The notes under the pieces are model-generated. The model had not been told where the DNA came from. It searched no databases and saw only the letters and a program-made list of their open reading frames with translations. The position numbers and the translations under genes are program-made. Below are positions 9,711 to 19,728 of a stretch of 64,000 nucleotides of DNA, piece by piece. This DNA comes from Escherichia phage EcSzw_1. How positions within the stretch are numbered: position 1 is the stretch's first letter; the number at the start of each line of letters is the position of its first letter. Location of the stretch: the sequence record MH791413.1; one strand, given 5' to 3'.

Positions 9711-9848
9711 TTAAGCAGATTTTTTAGCTGCTTTACGTGCTGTCTTACCAGTGCGAACACGTTTTGCTTCGTAGTGTGCAGCAGATTTACCAGCAGTTGC
9801 TTTCAGTGAATCGCCAAATACTTTTTCAAACGCTTTAGAATGTTTCAT
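9711..9848 (-). CDS. Small basic Lys/Ala-rich protein (45 aa), hypothetical
   Basis: Below ORF-track cutoff; MKHSKAFEKVFGDSLKATAGKSAAHYEAKRVRTGKTARKAAKKSA; ATGA overlap with upstream stop. Confidence 0.4.
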   Translation of the reverse strand: MKHSKAFEKVFGDSLKATAGKSAAHYEAKRVRTGKTARKAAKKSA

Positions 9849-10126
9849 ACAACTCTCCGATAAATTTCGTATTCAAATGTTTTGTCAGTCAACTTAAACA
9901 TATATCCAGTATCATTGTCAACAGAAACTAAGATTCCATCAAGGCCAATCTCAAGCTCTCTGTGCTCTAACTCAACCGTATGCCCTTCGTTGATGAGTAC
10001 TTTACAGAAATCGTCTATACGAGTCAAGCACTCTTTTTTAAATTCTACTGAATTTGTTTCTTCATAGAAGGGCGTAAAGCCCTCCTTAAGATACGCATCA
10101 GTCAGTTTCAAAAGGGCAGTCATCAT
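9845..10126 (-). CDS. Hypothetical protein
   Basis: 93-aa ORF. Confidence 0.45.
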   Translation of the reverse strand: MMTALLKLTDAYLKEGFTPFYEETNSVEFKKECLTRIDDFCKVLINEGHTVELEHRELEIGLDGILVSVDNDTGYMFKLTDKTFEYEIYRRVV

Positions 10127-12089
10127 CTTCTCCGTCTTCGTTTAATACTGGTGGAATAGTAGAACTTTGACGTTGCTCTTGAGTGTAAATCTCTCCAGTA
10201 TCACGGTCAAAGACTTCATCATCATAATGCGGCATAGAGTCATCGTAGTGGTCATCGGCTTCACCAATACCAAACTGCTGACGAATATTCTCTGCTGCAC
10301 CATCAATATCAACACCACTGCCAGCAGCCTTGATAAGACGGCCTGTATCTGGATTATACCAAGTGTGACCAGCAATACCAGTTGACTTACCATGACGACG
10401 ACATTTCGTTAACTTGATTTTGGTCAAGTTTTTCTTAACAGGGTCTGGGTCAACCTTGTTACGCATTAACAGAATGTTGTTCATGGAAATCTGGAAGTAT
10501 GCACCAGAACCCTTGATATCCTCTTCAGAAATATCACCACCTTCAGAGTTAGCTTTCTGACCACCTGCACTCTTACGAACGTGACAGACGTTTACCTGTG
10601 CATATTGGTAACGCTTGCAACGACGCAACAGTTCAGACAATACTTCTTCTTCATCCGTATCAGAACGTGACAGAGCCAGTGTGATAGGGTCAAGAATAAT
10701 AATCTTACAGTCTAAGCTGTTAACCAGATAGTCAACAAACTCTAACAGGTTATCTTGGTCGATTGCCCCTTGGTGGTCAACGATATGAATACGACGACCA
10801 GCAGACAACTCAGCATGTGCAACCTTGATTTCATCCCAATTACGTTCATCGTAAGGAATCTCTGAAATCTGTTTGCTAAGGTGAATTGCACAGAGCATCT
10901 CCATTAACTCTTCATAAGTATCTTCTACAGGAATTACACCGATATTGTAATCAGTTTCCTTCCAAGCAGTATAAATCATTTCACGAGTGTAAGCTGATTT
11001 ACCTACTGAAGATGGTGCTGCCAGAGTTGTAATCTCACCTAAACCATAACCGCCATAAGTTAGTCTATTCAAGTCTCCGAAGGATTCTGGGAATGGAATC
11101 AGTGGAATCTGACCACGATTCTTCATTGCCTCAAAACCATCTGCGAAGTTCTTGATACCAGCAGGGCAGTAACGAGGTGCATTATAGATACGCTGTTTAA
11201 ATCCTTCCAGCACTGTATCTTTCTCTTTATAAAACTTAGTCCACCATTCGTTAAGGTCTTTGACACCTTCTGGATACTGGAATAAGCGAACCTTCTCAAT
11301 CGGAAGGATACCAGCAGCCTCTTTAGTGGCTTTTGCACCTGCTTCATCATTATCAAAGCACAGGTAAATCTCATCAAACGATGTGATGTACTGGTAGTTA
11401 TCCTTGATAGACTTAATGTTTGCACCTGATGGAACAGATACGTGACAGTAATTCTTACGGCGAGACTTGTCTTTAATTGCAAGAGAAGTCATGTAGATTG
11501 CTGTAGCACATTCCATCTCACCTTCCCAGATGAATAGACGGTTACCACCTTCTGGAGCAATCCATGAACCGAACATTGCCAGTTCACCTTTGATATCACC
11601 TACGCCACCAGAGAAGTCTTTCAGCTTGCCACGAAGATGTTCTTTCGGATGGTCTTCTGGGTAACGGTGACGAACACGGTAGCCTACATGCTCAAGCTTT
11701 CCATTTTCATCTTTCTTGTAAGTTGGGTAAAAGTGCGCATCAATCTCACCTTCACCATCTACATCAACCTTAATACCAAGACGGTCAAGCACCTTTGCAG
11801 GAATCTTACGGTCTTTCAAATCCATTGCTTCAAGGTTGTCTTTTACATCGTCTAAATCCATACCACGGAAGGTACGATTTTTGTTGTCTGAACCTGTAGA
11901 ATAAGTACTCACAATTTGCCCTTTATCAAAATCCCACTCTGGAAAACCTTTGTTGCAACTAAAGCAAGTCATCGAATAAGAATCATCGTCATGATGATAG
12001 ATTGAACCAGCATCTGATGAACCACACTTAGGGCAAGCACAATGACCAACAAACTGACCAGCTTCCTTCAATTTACGACCTTTAGACAT
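10098..12089 (-). CDS. DNA primase/helicase (T7 gp4-like)
   Basis: N-terminal Zn ribbon CPKCG...CFSC, TOPRIM-like acidic motifs, Walker A GKSAYT; ATG 12089 with AGAGGTG SD (ORF-track GTG at 12095). Confidence 0.85.
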   Translation of the reverse strand: MSKGRKLKEAGQFVGHCACPKCGSSDAGSIYHHDDDSYSMTCFSCNKGFPEWDFDKGQIVSTYSTGSDNKNRTFRGMDLDDVKDNLEAMDLKDRKIPAKVLDRLGIKVDVDGEGEIDAHFYPTYKKDENGKLEHVGYRVRHRYPEDHPKEHLRGKLKDFSGGVGDIKGELAMFGSWIAPEGGNRLFIWEGEMECATAIYMTSLAIKDKSRRKNYCHVSVPSGANIKSIKDNYQYITSFDEIYLCFDNDEAGAKATKEAAGILPIEKVRLFQYPEGVKDLNEWWTKFYKEKDTVLEGFKQRIYNAPRYCPAGIKNFADGFEAMKNRGQIPLIPFPESFGDLNRLTYGGYGLGEITTLAAPSSVGKSAYTREMIYTAWKETDYNIGVIPVEDTYEELMEMLCAIHLSKQISEIPYDERNWDEIKVAHAELSAGRRIHIVDHQGAIDQDNLLEFVDYLVNSLDCKIIILDPITLALSRSDTDEEEVLSELLRRCKRYQYAQVNVCHVRKSAGGQKANSEGGDISEEDIKGSGAYFQISMNNILLMRNKVDPDPVKKNLTKIKLTKCRRHGKSTGIAGHTWYNPDTGRLIKAAGSGVDIDGAAENIRQQFGIGEADDHYDDSMPHYDDEVFDRDTGEIYTQEQRQSSTIPPVLNEDGEDDDCPFETD

Positions 12090-12279
12090 TAGCACCTCTG
12101 CGTTTTAGTTCTGCTTTCAAGCCATTTTCAATCTTGTCTAGCTCGTGAATCTCTTCTGCAATCTCTTTCCGTCTTGAAGCGACCCTTTCAAGTCGCTCCA
12201 TCATAACTTCTTTGGAAAGAGATGAGAGTTCCACCGAACGATGGTCAACGACTTCTAAATTATTTACTCTCATCTTCAT
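12082..12279 (-). CDS. Hypothetical small protein
   Basis: 65-aa ORF overlapping primase start. Confidence 0.35.
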   Translation of the reverse strand: MKMRVNNLEVVDHRSVELSSLSKEVMMERLERVASRRKEIAEEIHELDKIENGLKAELKRRGANV

Positions 12280-12284
12280 CTCTC

Positions 12285-13028
12285 TTATTTAATGATAATA
12301 GCTTTCAGCTTATTTTCGAGGTCTTCAAGACTACCATTGTTTTGAATAATGTCACGTTCAAATTTGGTAGAAATCCCATTTTCTGATTTATGTGATGAAA
12401 CCTTAACCAGATTGTCTCTTTTTACCTCAATGATTTGGCTGTCAAAAGACTTTAAGAACTCTGCTTCGTGGTCAAATCGCAAGTCACTAATCAGTGCAAT
12501 ACCATACTGGTTAGCTTTTGAGCATGATTCAAAGAACCTTTCCATTCTCTCTGCAAGGTCACGAATCCAGAACTTCTCTCCAAGAACCTTCCTGACAACT
12601 TCAGTTCCCCAGATTTGTTGAATCTGACGTGAAGAGAACTTATAGGTTTTACTAAGCCCCATTCTGGTTAGCAGAGTAGGTTTAGCAACCTTCTTTAGTT
12701 CCATGATTAATCGTCCAGTTAGTTCACCACATAACTTAACGTCAAGGTGTAAGTTTTTGTGTGGGAATACCTGTTCAAGTGACCATTGAACTGCAAAGTA
12801 CAGGTCAGAGAATCTTAAGTTGAACTTTTGAGGTGTCTCTTTAGTTTCACCATACAAATCATTCCAGTCAAGCCCAAAAATGTATGCAGCAGATTCTTTT
12901 AAACTATCTGCAAAAGCAAAGATGTGAACGTTGTAACCTTCCTCTTCTTGAAGGAAGTTCTTTGTCAACATGCAGGAAGTGTCCTTACCAGAACGAGCCT
13001 TTCCAGTAAATGCAATAATACTTTTCAT
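12285..13028 (-). CDS. Deoxynucleoside monophosphate kinase
   Basis: N-terminal P-loop AFTGKARSGKDT typical of phage dNMP kinases. Confidence 0.65.
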   Translation of the reverse strand: MKSIIAFTGKARSGKDTSCMLTKNFLQEEEGYNVHIFAFADSLKESAAYIFGLDWNDLYGETKETPQKFNLRFSDLYFAVQWSLEQVFPHKNLHLDVKLCGELTGRLIMELKKVAKPTLLTRMGLSKTYKFSSRQIQQIWGTEVVRKVLGEKFWIRDLAERMERFFESCSKANQYGIALISDLRFDHEAEFLKSFDSQIIEVKRDNLVKVSSHKSENGISTKFERDIIQNNGSLEDLENKLKAIIIK

Positions 13029-13046
13029 ATAACATTATCTCCATAC

Positions 13047-13070
13047 GAAAAAGCCCCCAATTAAGGAGGC
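13047..13070 (-). terminator. Rho-independent terminator
   Basis: Minus strand GCCTCC-TTAATT-GGGGGC followed by TTTTTCG. Confidence 0.6.
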
Positions 13071-13088
13071 TTTGGGAAAACAATTCTA

Positions 13089-13892
13089 TTAGTGAATCTG
13101 CGTAGAATCAAGCTTTTCTTTATCAGACAGAGCCTGAATAGTTGCTACAAACTCATCACCGAAGTGGATAGCAATCTTATCTTGAAGAACTGCTGCACCA
13201 GTTTGCATAATCACTTCACGAAGTGCTTCACCACTTACGTTACCAGCAATCTGCTCTACAAACTCAATAGGTGCATCAATCAAACCTGCAACTTCAAACA
13301 GAGCGTGAATGCTCATAACAGTGATGATTGAAGGAACCAGAGCAGTCAGTTTGACCTGAATCTCATCAAGGCCACGTTCAGCTTCGTTGTCAACAACCTC
13401 TTGGAGTTGCTCTTTAGTCAGCTTCACCATTTCCTGTGAACGTTCAAAGATATCTGCAAAGCCCCAATCCAGTTTTTCATAACGTGGAAGTTTCTCTTGA
13501 ATACGCTTCTCAAGTACAGCCATCACACTAGCAATGGAGTTGATAATCAGGTTGAACGTATCATCTTCAGTGAAGTCAAGCAGTGATTCTTTCTCTTCTT
13601 CAGAGAGAACCTTGTAGTCACCAGTTTGCATCTTATCAAAGATGTAGCCTGTAAAGGCATCTACACCAACAGCTACTGAAGCCAGAGCCAGTTGACGGTT
13701 ATTCAGAAGCAGTTCAACCTGTGAGCGAAATGCTGTCTCATCAGAGATTTCTGCATTAGCCTGATAGGATTCAGGAGTTGCTTGTGAACTGAAGGTATTA
13801 CTACGCATAACAATAGCAAGGCTTTCAACAGTGTTCAGCATAAAGTTGCTATCAATACCTTTAGCTGCCAGCATTTCATTTACAGTAGTCAT
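13089..13892 (-). CDS. Hypothetical protein
   Basis: 267-aa ORF. Confidence 0.5.
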   Translation of the reverse strand: MTTVNEMLAAKGIDSNFMLNTVESLAIVMRSNTFSSQATPESYQANAEISDETAFRSQVELLLNNRQLALASVAVGVDAFTGYIFDKMQTGDYKVLSEEEKESLLDFTEDDTFNLIINSIASVMAVLEKRIQEKLPRYEKLDWGFADIFERSQEMVKLTKEQLQEVVDNEAERGLDEIQVKLTALVPSIITVMSIHALFEVAGLIDAPIEFVEQIAGNVSGEALREVIMQTGAAVLQDKIAIHFGDEFVATIQALSDKEKLDSTQIH

Positions 13893-13893
13893 A

Positions 13894-14316
13894 TTAATTC
13901 TCTCTCATTTTGTTAAGTGTTTGTCGTGATAACTTTAAGCTTTCTGTAGAGGAAAAGTCAAGAACTTTTTCAGACCTTGGGAAGTAATGTCTATCCCATG
14001 AACTTTCTACATCGCTAATCAGTGTTGCTAGGTTATCTAAGTCTGTTCCGTTTTGCAACTTCTTTTTTAAAGAATCTATCAAGAAGAGTGTATCTTTAGC
14101 TTTACGCCTCTCAGCCGATATCTCCTTCATATGCTCAAAGACTGAACATTTCATTCTTTCGTCGTAACCTTCGGAGAGTTCAATCTCATGTTGAACATCA
14201 ACCATTCGACGATGATGGTAAGCGTATTCTTTTTGAGCAGCAATGTCAAGTTCTTCCAACTTTTTTAAAGCTCTCATGAAGTCAGCTATGTCTGGGTGAA
14301 CAAACATTCTCTGCAT
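13894..14316 (-). CDS. Hypothetical protein
   Basis: 140-aa ORF at start of leftward operon. Confidence 0.5.
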   Translation of the reverse strand: MQRMFVHPDIADFMRALKKLEELDIAAQKEYAYHHRRMVDVQHEIELSEGYDERMKCSVFEHMKEISAERRKAKDTLFLIDSLKKKLQNGTDLDNLATLISDVESSWDRHYFPRSEKVLDFSSTESLKLSRQTLNKMREN

Positions 14317-14492
14317 AATGCCCTCTTTTAAGTACCTATTAAACTTAATCTGTTTTCTTTACGTATTCTATACGTATAACTTTAAAGCTTCTTAAAAGCT
14401 ATTAAAAATCTTTTAAGGGTTTTAAAGAAACTGTATAGTTAATCTGTAAAGGGAGTCTTTTAAGTTAAAACCCACTTCGCAAAGATTAACAC

Positions 14493-14536
14493 CTTGTCAA
14501 GTGAATTGTCAACTTGCTTTTTGAAACTTTTTGCAG
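14493..14536 (+). promoter_or_regulatory. Conserved TTGTCAAGT-N3-TTGTCAAC motif upstream of DNA polymerase gene
   Basis: cTTGTCAAGTgaaTTGTCAACttgctttttg; near-identical copy at 55294-55325. Confidence 0.45.
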
Positions 14537-14573
14537 TAATGTATTGAGTCAATGATTTTGAGAGGGAGTAAAA

Positions 14574-17273
14574 ATGGAAAACGTAGATTTTGAAAACTTG
14601 CACTTGGTAGGTGATACCGAAACTGATGGGTTACTCCTTGAGTTCACAAAAGCACACGTAATGGCATTTGCAGATTACAAAGATGACAGTGACGAACCTG
14701 CTGTGTGGGTCTTCACCGATGAACCTATTCTTGGTCACAAATGCACTAAGTATATTAAAGGTGGTCTTCGTGAAGGTGTAGAGTTTGCTCTTAAGGCAAA
14801 GCGTCTCTGCATTCATAACGGTCTTGGCTATGACTGGTGGGTGTTCAATCACATTGCACCGGACTTATGGAACTTTGACAATCCAAAGTGTAAACCTTGG
14901 GGAGACTTCTTTCAGGATTCTCTTATCCAGTCTCGTGTTCAGTGGATGGATAGACCTACACCGAAAGGTTATAAAGGTGCTCATGGTTTGGCTGCGTGGG
15001 GTGCTCGTGTTGGTGTTCGTAAACCAGAGATTGAAGAATGGGGTGTTTGGAATGCTGATATTCTGAACCGTGTTGTTGAGGATATTCGAATCAACGCCAA
15101 AACTAAACGTGCTCTTGATAACGAATACCTGAAGTTGAAGAAGTGTGGTGTAGATACTTACGAAACCTACATGCGAGCTAAAGAAACATCTTTCTGGATG
15201 AGTCAGCAAGCTATCAACGGTTGGAAAGCTGATATTGAACTTATGCAGTTCCATGTCAAAGAACTTGACAGAATGACTGATGAGTTAGCTGCTGAAGTTG
15301 AGCCTCATCTGCCACCGACTATCAAGACGAAAGGTAAAGTCACTGGTGAAGAGTTTGCAAAAGCTTGGAACGAGTATGTTGAGACATTTGGTAAAGCAGA
15401 TGGTCTGAAGCGCATCACTAAGTATCCAAAAACTAAGTTCCGTCAGCAGGTTCGTAATGGTGAGATGCAGACTTACGCTATCAAACCTTTTGGTAAACCA
15501 ACTACCAAGATTTTCAACATTGAGAAGCGTAACTGCTACACTCCAACTAACACGGTTACTGGAGAAGAGTACAAAGAAGGCTTCGTGGCAATGAAAGATG
15601 CTCGTGCAGTTTGTAACAAGTTGAATGCTGCGATTGATAAGAAGTGCAAAGACTGGAAACCAGTTAAGACCGTGAAGACTGTGAAGTACTACAATAATCA
15701 CGTAGTAAATCACTTTGAACTTGAGTCAAGTCGTTACACAGGTTTGATTGATGCACCTTATACACCAATTGAGTTCGAAGTTTCACGCATGACTCAGGTT
15801 GCGGTTGTGAAGGATTATCTGAAAACTCTTGGCTGGATTCCTGATGACTGGAACTACAAGAAAGATTCTGATGGTCGTCCGGTGAAGGTTTGTCGCTTCA
15901 AAGATAACAAGAAGATGATTCGTAAACATCCGAAATGGCAAGAGATGGTAGACCGTTGCGGATTGAATTACGTTGAGCATGAAGGTGTACAGTACATCGA
16001 ACACAACTGGTCTGTGAAGAAGTACACAGATTTGCTTGAACCTTGCTTGATTCGTACTTCACCGAAACTGACTGAATCTTCTTACGATACGATTGAAGGT
16101 GAACTTGGACAGAAGATTGCGAAGTACTATACTTTGATGCACCGACGCAGAACTATCGAGAACTCAAAGGATGATGAAAAGGGTTGGTTAAACCAGATTC
16201 GTCCAGATGGTCGTTTGAGTGCTGGTGCAATGGTGTTTGGTACTTCAACTGGACGTATGACACAATACGGAATTGTGAACGTACCTTCTGGGGCTGCTGT
16301 TTACGGTGAACCAATGAGGGCAGTCTGGATTTGTGAAGAAGGAGCCAACGTAGTCTCCGTTGATATGAACTCTGCACAGCTTGTTCTACTGTGTAACTTT
16401 ATGGGTGATAAAGAGTTCACAAAAGCGGTAACTCAGGGTAAAGAAGAGATTGAGTTTATCCGTCAGGAAGATGGCAGATACTACTGCAAACACTTTGACG
16501 AATACCTGAATCCAGAAGTTGATAAGTATCTGCGTTATGACTCTGAAAACGACTTGTACGTAGTTTACTCAGGTACTGATGCGCATACACTGAACAGTAT
16601 CTACTTCAGCTTGAACGAAGAACAAGATATCCTGACTTGTCGTATGACTCAGGATGAGAATCTTCTTCACGAAATCAGTAAAGGCCGTAAGAAAGCTAAG
16701 AACGGTATCTATGCGTTACTGTTCGGTGCTGGCGATGAGAAGTTTGCTAAGACGATTAAAGCTGCGACTACTCAGGAAGGTGCATTGACTAAACAGACTT
16801 ACTTTGTTCGCTTGCCGAAGATTAAGAAACTGTTAGATGACTTGGAAGCTGACTTTAAAGCGACTAAGAAAGCACTTGAAGAGGTGTTTGGTAAGACTGC
16901 TGCAATTGCTAAAGGTGGTTTTGTCAAGGTTGCTGGAGCATGGTTGTGGTGTAAGTCTCCACACAAACTGTTGAACTACTTGCTGATGGGTTCAGAAGCA
17001 CAAGTTCAGAATGAAGCAATCAACCTTGCATGTCGTCGTATGATTGATGAAGGTTTGATGAAGTTGAATGGTCGTAAGCCAGCTATCGGTGCTCGTTTAC
17101 TTTGTGCATATCACGATGAAACAAGTTGGGAATGTCCAGAGAGCATGACAGCAGAAGTTAAGGCTGTAACTGACTGGTACTACGGACAAGCTTCTAAGAA
17201 CTTAGGGCTTCGTAAAGAAACTCTGGTAACAGGGACTGGTAAAGTTGGTAAGTCTTGGTTGGAAGTTCACTAA
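14574..17273 (+). CDS. DNA polymerase, family A, with 3'-5' exonuclease domain
   Basis: 899 aa; Exo I motif VGDTETDGL near N-terminus; GAGGGAG SD before ATG. Confidence 0.85.
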   Translation: MENVDFENLHLVGDTETDGLLLEFTKAHVMAFADYKDDSDEPAVWVFTDEPILGHKCTKYIKGGLREGVEFALKAKRLCIHNGLGYDWWVFNHIAPDLWNFDNPKCKPWGDFFQDSLIQSRVQWMDRPTPKGYKGAHGLAAWGARVGVRKPEIEEWGVWNADILNRVVEDIRINAKTKRALDNEYLKLKKCGVDTYETYMRAKETSFWMSQQAINGWKADIELMQFHVKELDRMTDELAAEVEPHLPPTIKTKGKVTGEEFAKAWNEYVETFGKADGLKRITKYPKTKFRQQVRNGEMQTYAIKPFGKPTTKIFNIEKRNCYTPTNTVTGEEYKEGFVAMKDARAVCNKLNAAIDKKCKDWKPVKTVKTVKYYNNHVVNHFELESSRYTGLIDAPYTPIEFEVSRMTQVAVVKDYLKTLGWIPDDWNYKKDSDGRPVKVCRFKDNKKMIRKHPKWQEMVDRCGLNYVEHEGVQYIEHNWSVKKYTDLLEPCLIRTSPKLTESSYDTIEGELGQKIAKYYTLMHRRRTIENSKDDEKGWLNQIRPDGRLSAGAMVFGTSTGRMTQYGIVNVPSGAAVYGEPMRAVWICEEGANVVSVDMNSAQLVLLCNFMGDKEFTKAVTQGKEEIEFIRQEDGRYYCKHFDEYLNPEVDKYLRYDSENDLYVVYSGTDAHTLNSIYFSLNEEQDILTCRMTQDENLLHEISKGRKKAKNGIYALLFGAGDEKFAKTIKAATTQEGALTKQTYFVRLPKIKKLLDDLEADFKATKKALEEVFGKTAAIAKGGFVKVAGAWLWCKSPHKLLNYLLMGSEAQVQNEAINLACRRMIDEGLMKLNGRKPAIGARLLCAYHDETSWECPESMTAEVKAVTDWYYGQASKNLGLRKETLVTGTGKVGKSWLEVH

Positions 17274-17335
17274 TTAATGTTGACAGGGTGCTCATGGAAG
17301 AGTACCTTATGCAACATATCGTATAGGAGAACTCT

Positions 17336-17545
17336 ATGAGCCATCGTGGTCGGACTCACCTTGCAATGATGAAAGGTGCTTCAAAGGAGACTATCAAGAA
17401 CCGTAAGCAGAAGTTGTTTGAGAGAATGAACAGACTCATTGACAACACTTCTCTTTCTGGTAGTGAGAAGGTTTTCTTGAAAGGAAATCTGAAGAGTATT
17501 GCACAGGAACTTATGGATATTGAATTTTGGAGAAACCAAAAATGA
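17336..17545 (+). CDS. Hypothetical protein
   Basis: 69-aa ORF with SD. Confidence 0.45.
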   Translation: MSHRGRTHLAMMKGASKETIKNRKQKLFERMNRLIDNTSLSGSEKVFLKGNLKSIAQELMDIEFWRNQK

Positions 17546-17754
17546 CTTATGAAGAAGCTGTTGAAGCAATGAAGCAAGGTAAGAAAGTTCGTAACGAGAA
17601 CTTCACATCTGATGAGTTCTTTGAAATGAAAGATGGAAAGATTGTCTGTGAAATGGGTTACCCGATGGCTTCATGGTATCGTGGCCTTGATTGGCAGAAA
17701 TCTGGGTGGAGTATTGTGCAAGATTCTCCAAAAGCATCTGACTTATTCTTTTAA
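17542..17754 (+). CDS. Hypothetical small protein
   Basis: ATG 17542 with GGAGA SD; MTYEEAVEAMKQGKKV... Confidence 0.45.
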   Translation: MTYEEAVEAMKQGKKVRNENFTSDEFFEMKDGKIVCEMGYPMASWYRGLDWQKSGWSIVQDSPKASDLFF

Positions 17755-17764
17755 GGAAAACCCT

Positions 17765-17971
17765 ATGCAAGTTTTAGTAAACTATATCTACCGTTATGAT
17801 GTTGTTCACTCCACTACAACGGTAGCTCAACGTAATCCAATTGTGCCACGAGAAGGTGAATGGGTTCGTATTGAAGGTTGGACTTACACTGTAGAGAACA
17901 TCATTCACAAGTTTGATGTTGCTGGTGATGTTCAGGTTATTGATGTAGAAATTGGTGGGAAGAGAAAATGA
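17765..17971 (+). CDS. Hypothetical small protein
   Basis: ATG 17765 after AAGGAAAA SD; longer ORF-track call overlaps previous gene. Confidence 0.4.
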   Translation: MQVLVNYIYRYDVVHSTTTVAQRNPIVPREGEWVRIEGWTYTVENIIHKFDVAGDVQVIDVEIGGKRK

Positions 17972-18159
17972 GTAAAGAAGATAAATTCAAGAATGCTGTA
18001 AGAACTGAAGATGGAAAAGTTGAGTCTTTCACTCTTAAAGTTGGTGGCAAACCATTCCATTGCCGTTGTGGAGCAAACTGTTTCCATAAACCTAACAAAG
18101 ATGATTTAGAACTTTACACATGTAACTCATGTGACACTTGGTATCATTCTGGAGATTGA
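17968..18159 (+). CDS. Small Cys-rich (zinc-ribbon-like) protein
   Basis: 63 aa with CRCG...C...CNSC. Confidence 0.45.
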   Translation: MSKEDKFKNAVRTEDGKVESFTLKVGGKPFHCRCGANCFHKPNKDDLELYTCNSCDTWYHSGD

Positions 18160-18162
18160 GGA

Positions 18163-19262
18163 TGACAATTCTGTACAAACAAAACAAAGATGGCTCTTTT
18201 AACGTCTGGTCATGCGTTGCCGTAGGTGACAAAGTTGTTACCACGTATGGTAAAGAAAATGGCAAGATGATGTTTGAAGAGTACACAGCAGAACCGAAAA
18301 ACATCGGTAAAAAGAATGAGCGTAATGCTGAACAGCAAGCTCTCTTTGAAGTTGCTGCTAAGTATAAGAAGCAGGTTGACCGTAAAGGTTATGCTTACAC
18401 AAAATCTGAAGCAGAGAACACTGAAAAGGTTGGTGTACAACTCGCACAAGATGCTGCAAAGGTAAGTCATGCAAAGTATTTGAAGTTCCCTGCTGATGCT
18501 CAACCTAAGCTTGATGGTGTTCGTTGCCGTATATCAAGAGACACGGACTCAGTGAACTTCACAGCTTATTCCCGTGAAAATACTGTGTACAACGTACCTG
18601 AAGAGTTGATTCCAGACTTGCTGCTGATGATTAAATGCCACCCACAAGTTCAAGATTTTGATGGTGAAATCTATGCTCACGGATGGGATTTAGAAGATAT
18701 TGTATCTATGATTAAGAATGCTGACAATCCAGACCGTCACCTACTTAAATTCTACTGGTATGATATCTGCGACAAAACTAAAACTTGGCCTGAGCGTCGT
18801 GAAATCATTGATAACTCGCCAATTGTTGAACTCGGTGATGCTTGCAGGGTTGTACCTGTTCAAACTATCCGTGTTAACTCTTGGGAAGAGTTTGACAAAG
18901 CCCATGATAATTGGGTTAAGCTGAAGTTTGAAGGGGCAATGTACCGTTCCATCTCAGCAGATTCTTTCTATGAGTGTGGTCACCGTTCATACTTCCTGAT
19001 TAAGCATAAGAAGATGCACACGGAAGAATTTAAAGTAACTGGTGTGAAAACTGATAAGCGTGGTCATGGTAAATTCGTTGTAGAGACACTCCCTAACGTC
19101 TTTGTGGATGTTTCATGGAAAACTACCCATGAGAAGAAACAGTATCTTGCTGAACACCCTGAAGAGTTTATCGGGAAACCTTTGACGGTTCAGTTCCAGA
19201 AGATGACTCGTAAGGGGTCTTTGCAGTTCCCTGTTGGTCTCGTTATACGAGATTATGAATAA
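18163..19262 (+). CDS. ATP-dependent DNA ligase
   Basis: Adenylation motif KLDGVRC; about 366 aa; ATG 18163 with GGAGA SD. Confidence 0.8.
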
Positions 19263-19268
19263 AAGTTG

Positions 19269-19296
19269 TTGACATACACTCTCCGGTAGTTATACT
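19269..19296 (+). promoter_or_regulatory. Sigma70-like promoter bracketed by a 9-bp inverted repeat
   Basis: TTGACA (19269-19274), 16-nt spacer, TATACT (19291-19296); IR CCGGTAGTT (19283-19291) / AACTACCGG (19320-19328). Confidence 0.55.
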
Positions 19297-19346
19297 AGCA
19301 ATATAAAATTTGATATAGGAACTACCGGATGAGTTAGGAGAAGAAA

Positions 19347-19727
19347 ATGAAAAAGGTTATGGTAAGTGTCATTCTGGCAACTCTGAGTTTTGGTGCATCA
19401 GCTATGACGATGCCTGAAGCAGACTTTAGTAAGGTCTCTATAGAGGCTTGTCAGATTGTTCGTAAAGTCGTAACAGATGCTGGAGAGTTGACTAAACCGT
19501 TATCTTCTCCAACCGTCATGGAAATGTCTGACCGTATCACTGACTACAATTATCGTGTGATGGCAGATTACTACGAAGCTGTTTCTGATGCTATGGTCAC
19601 TCAAGACATTGACTTGCTTGATGACAAAGACATTGAGAAGGTTGAAGATACCAAACGTGGAATGATGGATGAAACTTTCAAAGGTGTTCATTATTTTGTT
19701 GAAAAGCGTACTTGTGTAGGTCTATGA
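19347..19727 (+). CDS. Secreted/periplasmic protein (signal peptide), hypothetical
   Basis: N-terminus MKKVMVSVILATLSFGASA; strong promoter-like site upstream. Confidence 0.55.
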   Translation: MKKVMVSVILATLSFGASAMTMPEADFSKVSIEACQIVRKVVTDAGELTKPLSSPTVMEMSDRITDYNYRVMADYYEAVSDAMVTQDIDLLDDKDIEKVEDTKRGMMDETFKGVHYFVEKRTCVGL

Positions 19728-19728
19728 T

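Noticed and set aside
9283-9809. Plus- and minus-strand ORFs (67-75 aa) within and around the SSB gene
   Set aside because: Overlap the SSB coding region in other frames or on the opposite strand.
14631-15713. Several minus-strand ORFs (73-142 aa) inside the DNA polymerase gene
   Set aside because: All antisense to the polymerase coding region, with no start context; frame artefacts.
17356-17577. Minus-strand ORFs opposite early genes 17336-17754
   Set aside because: Antisense to plus-strand ORFs that have good SD sequences; region is clearly rightward-transcribed.
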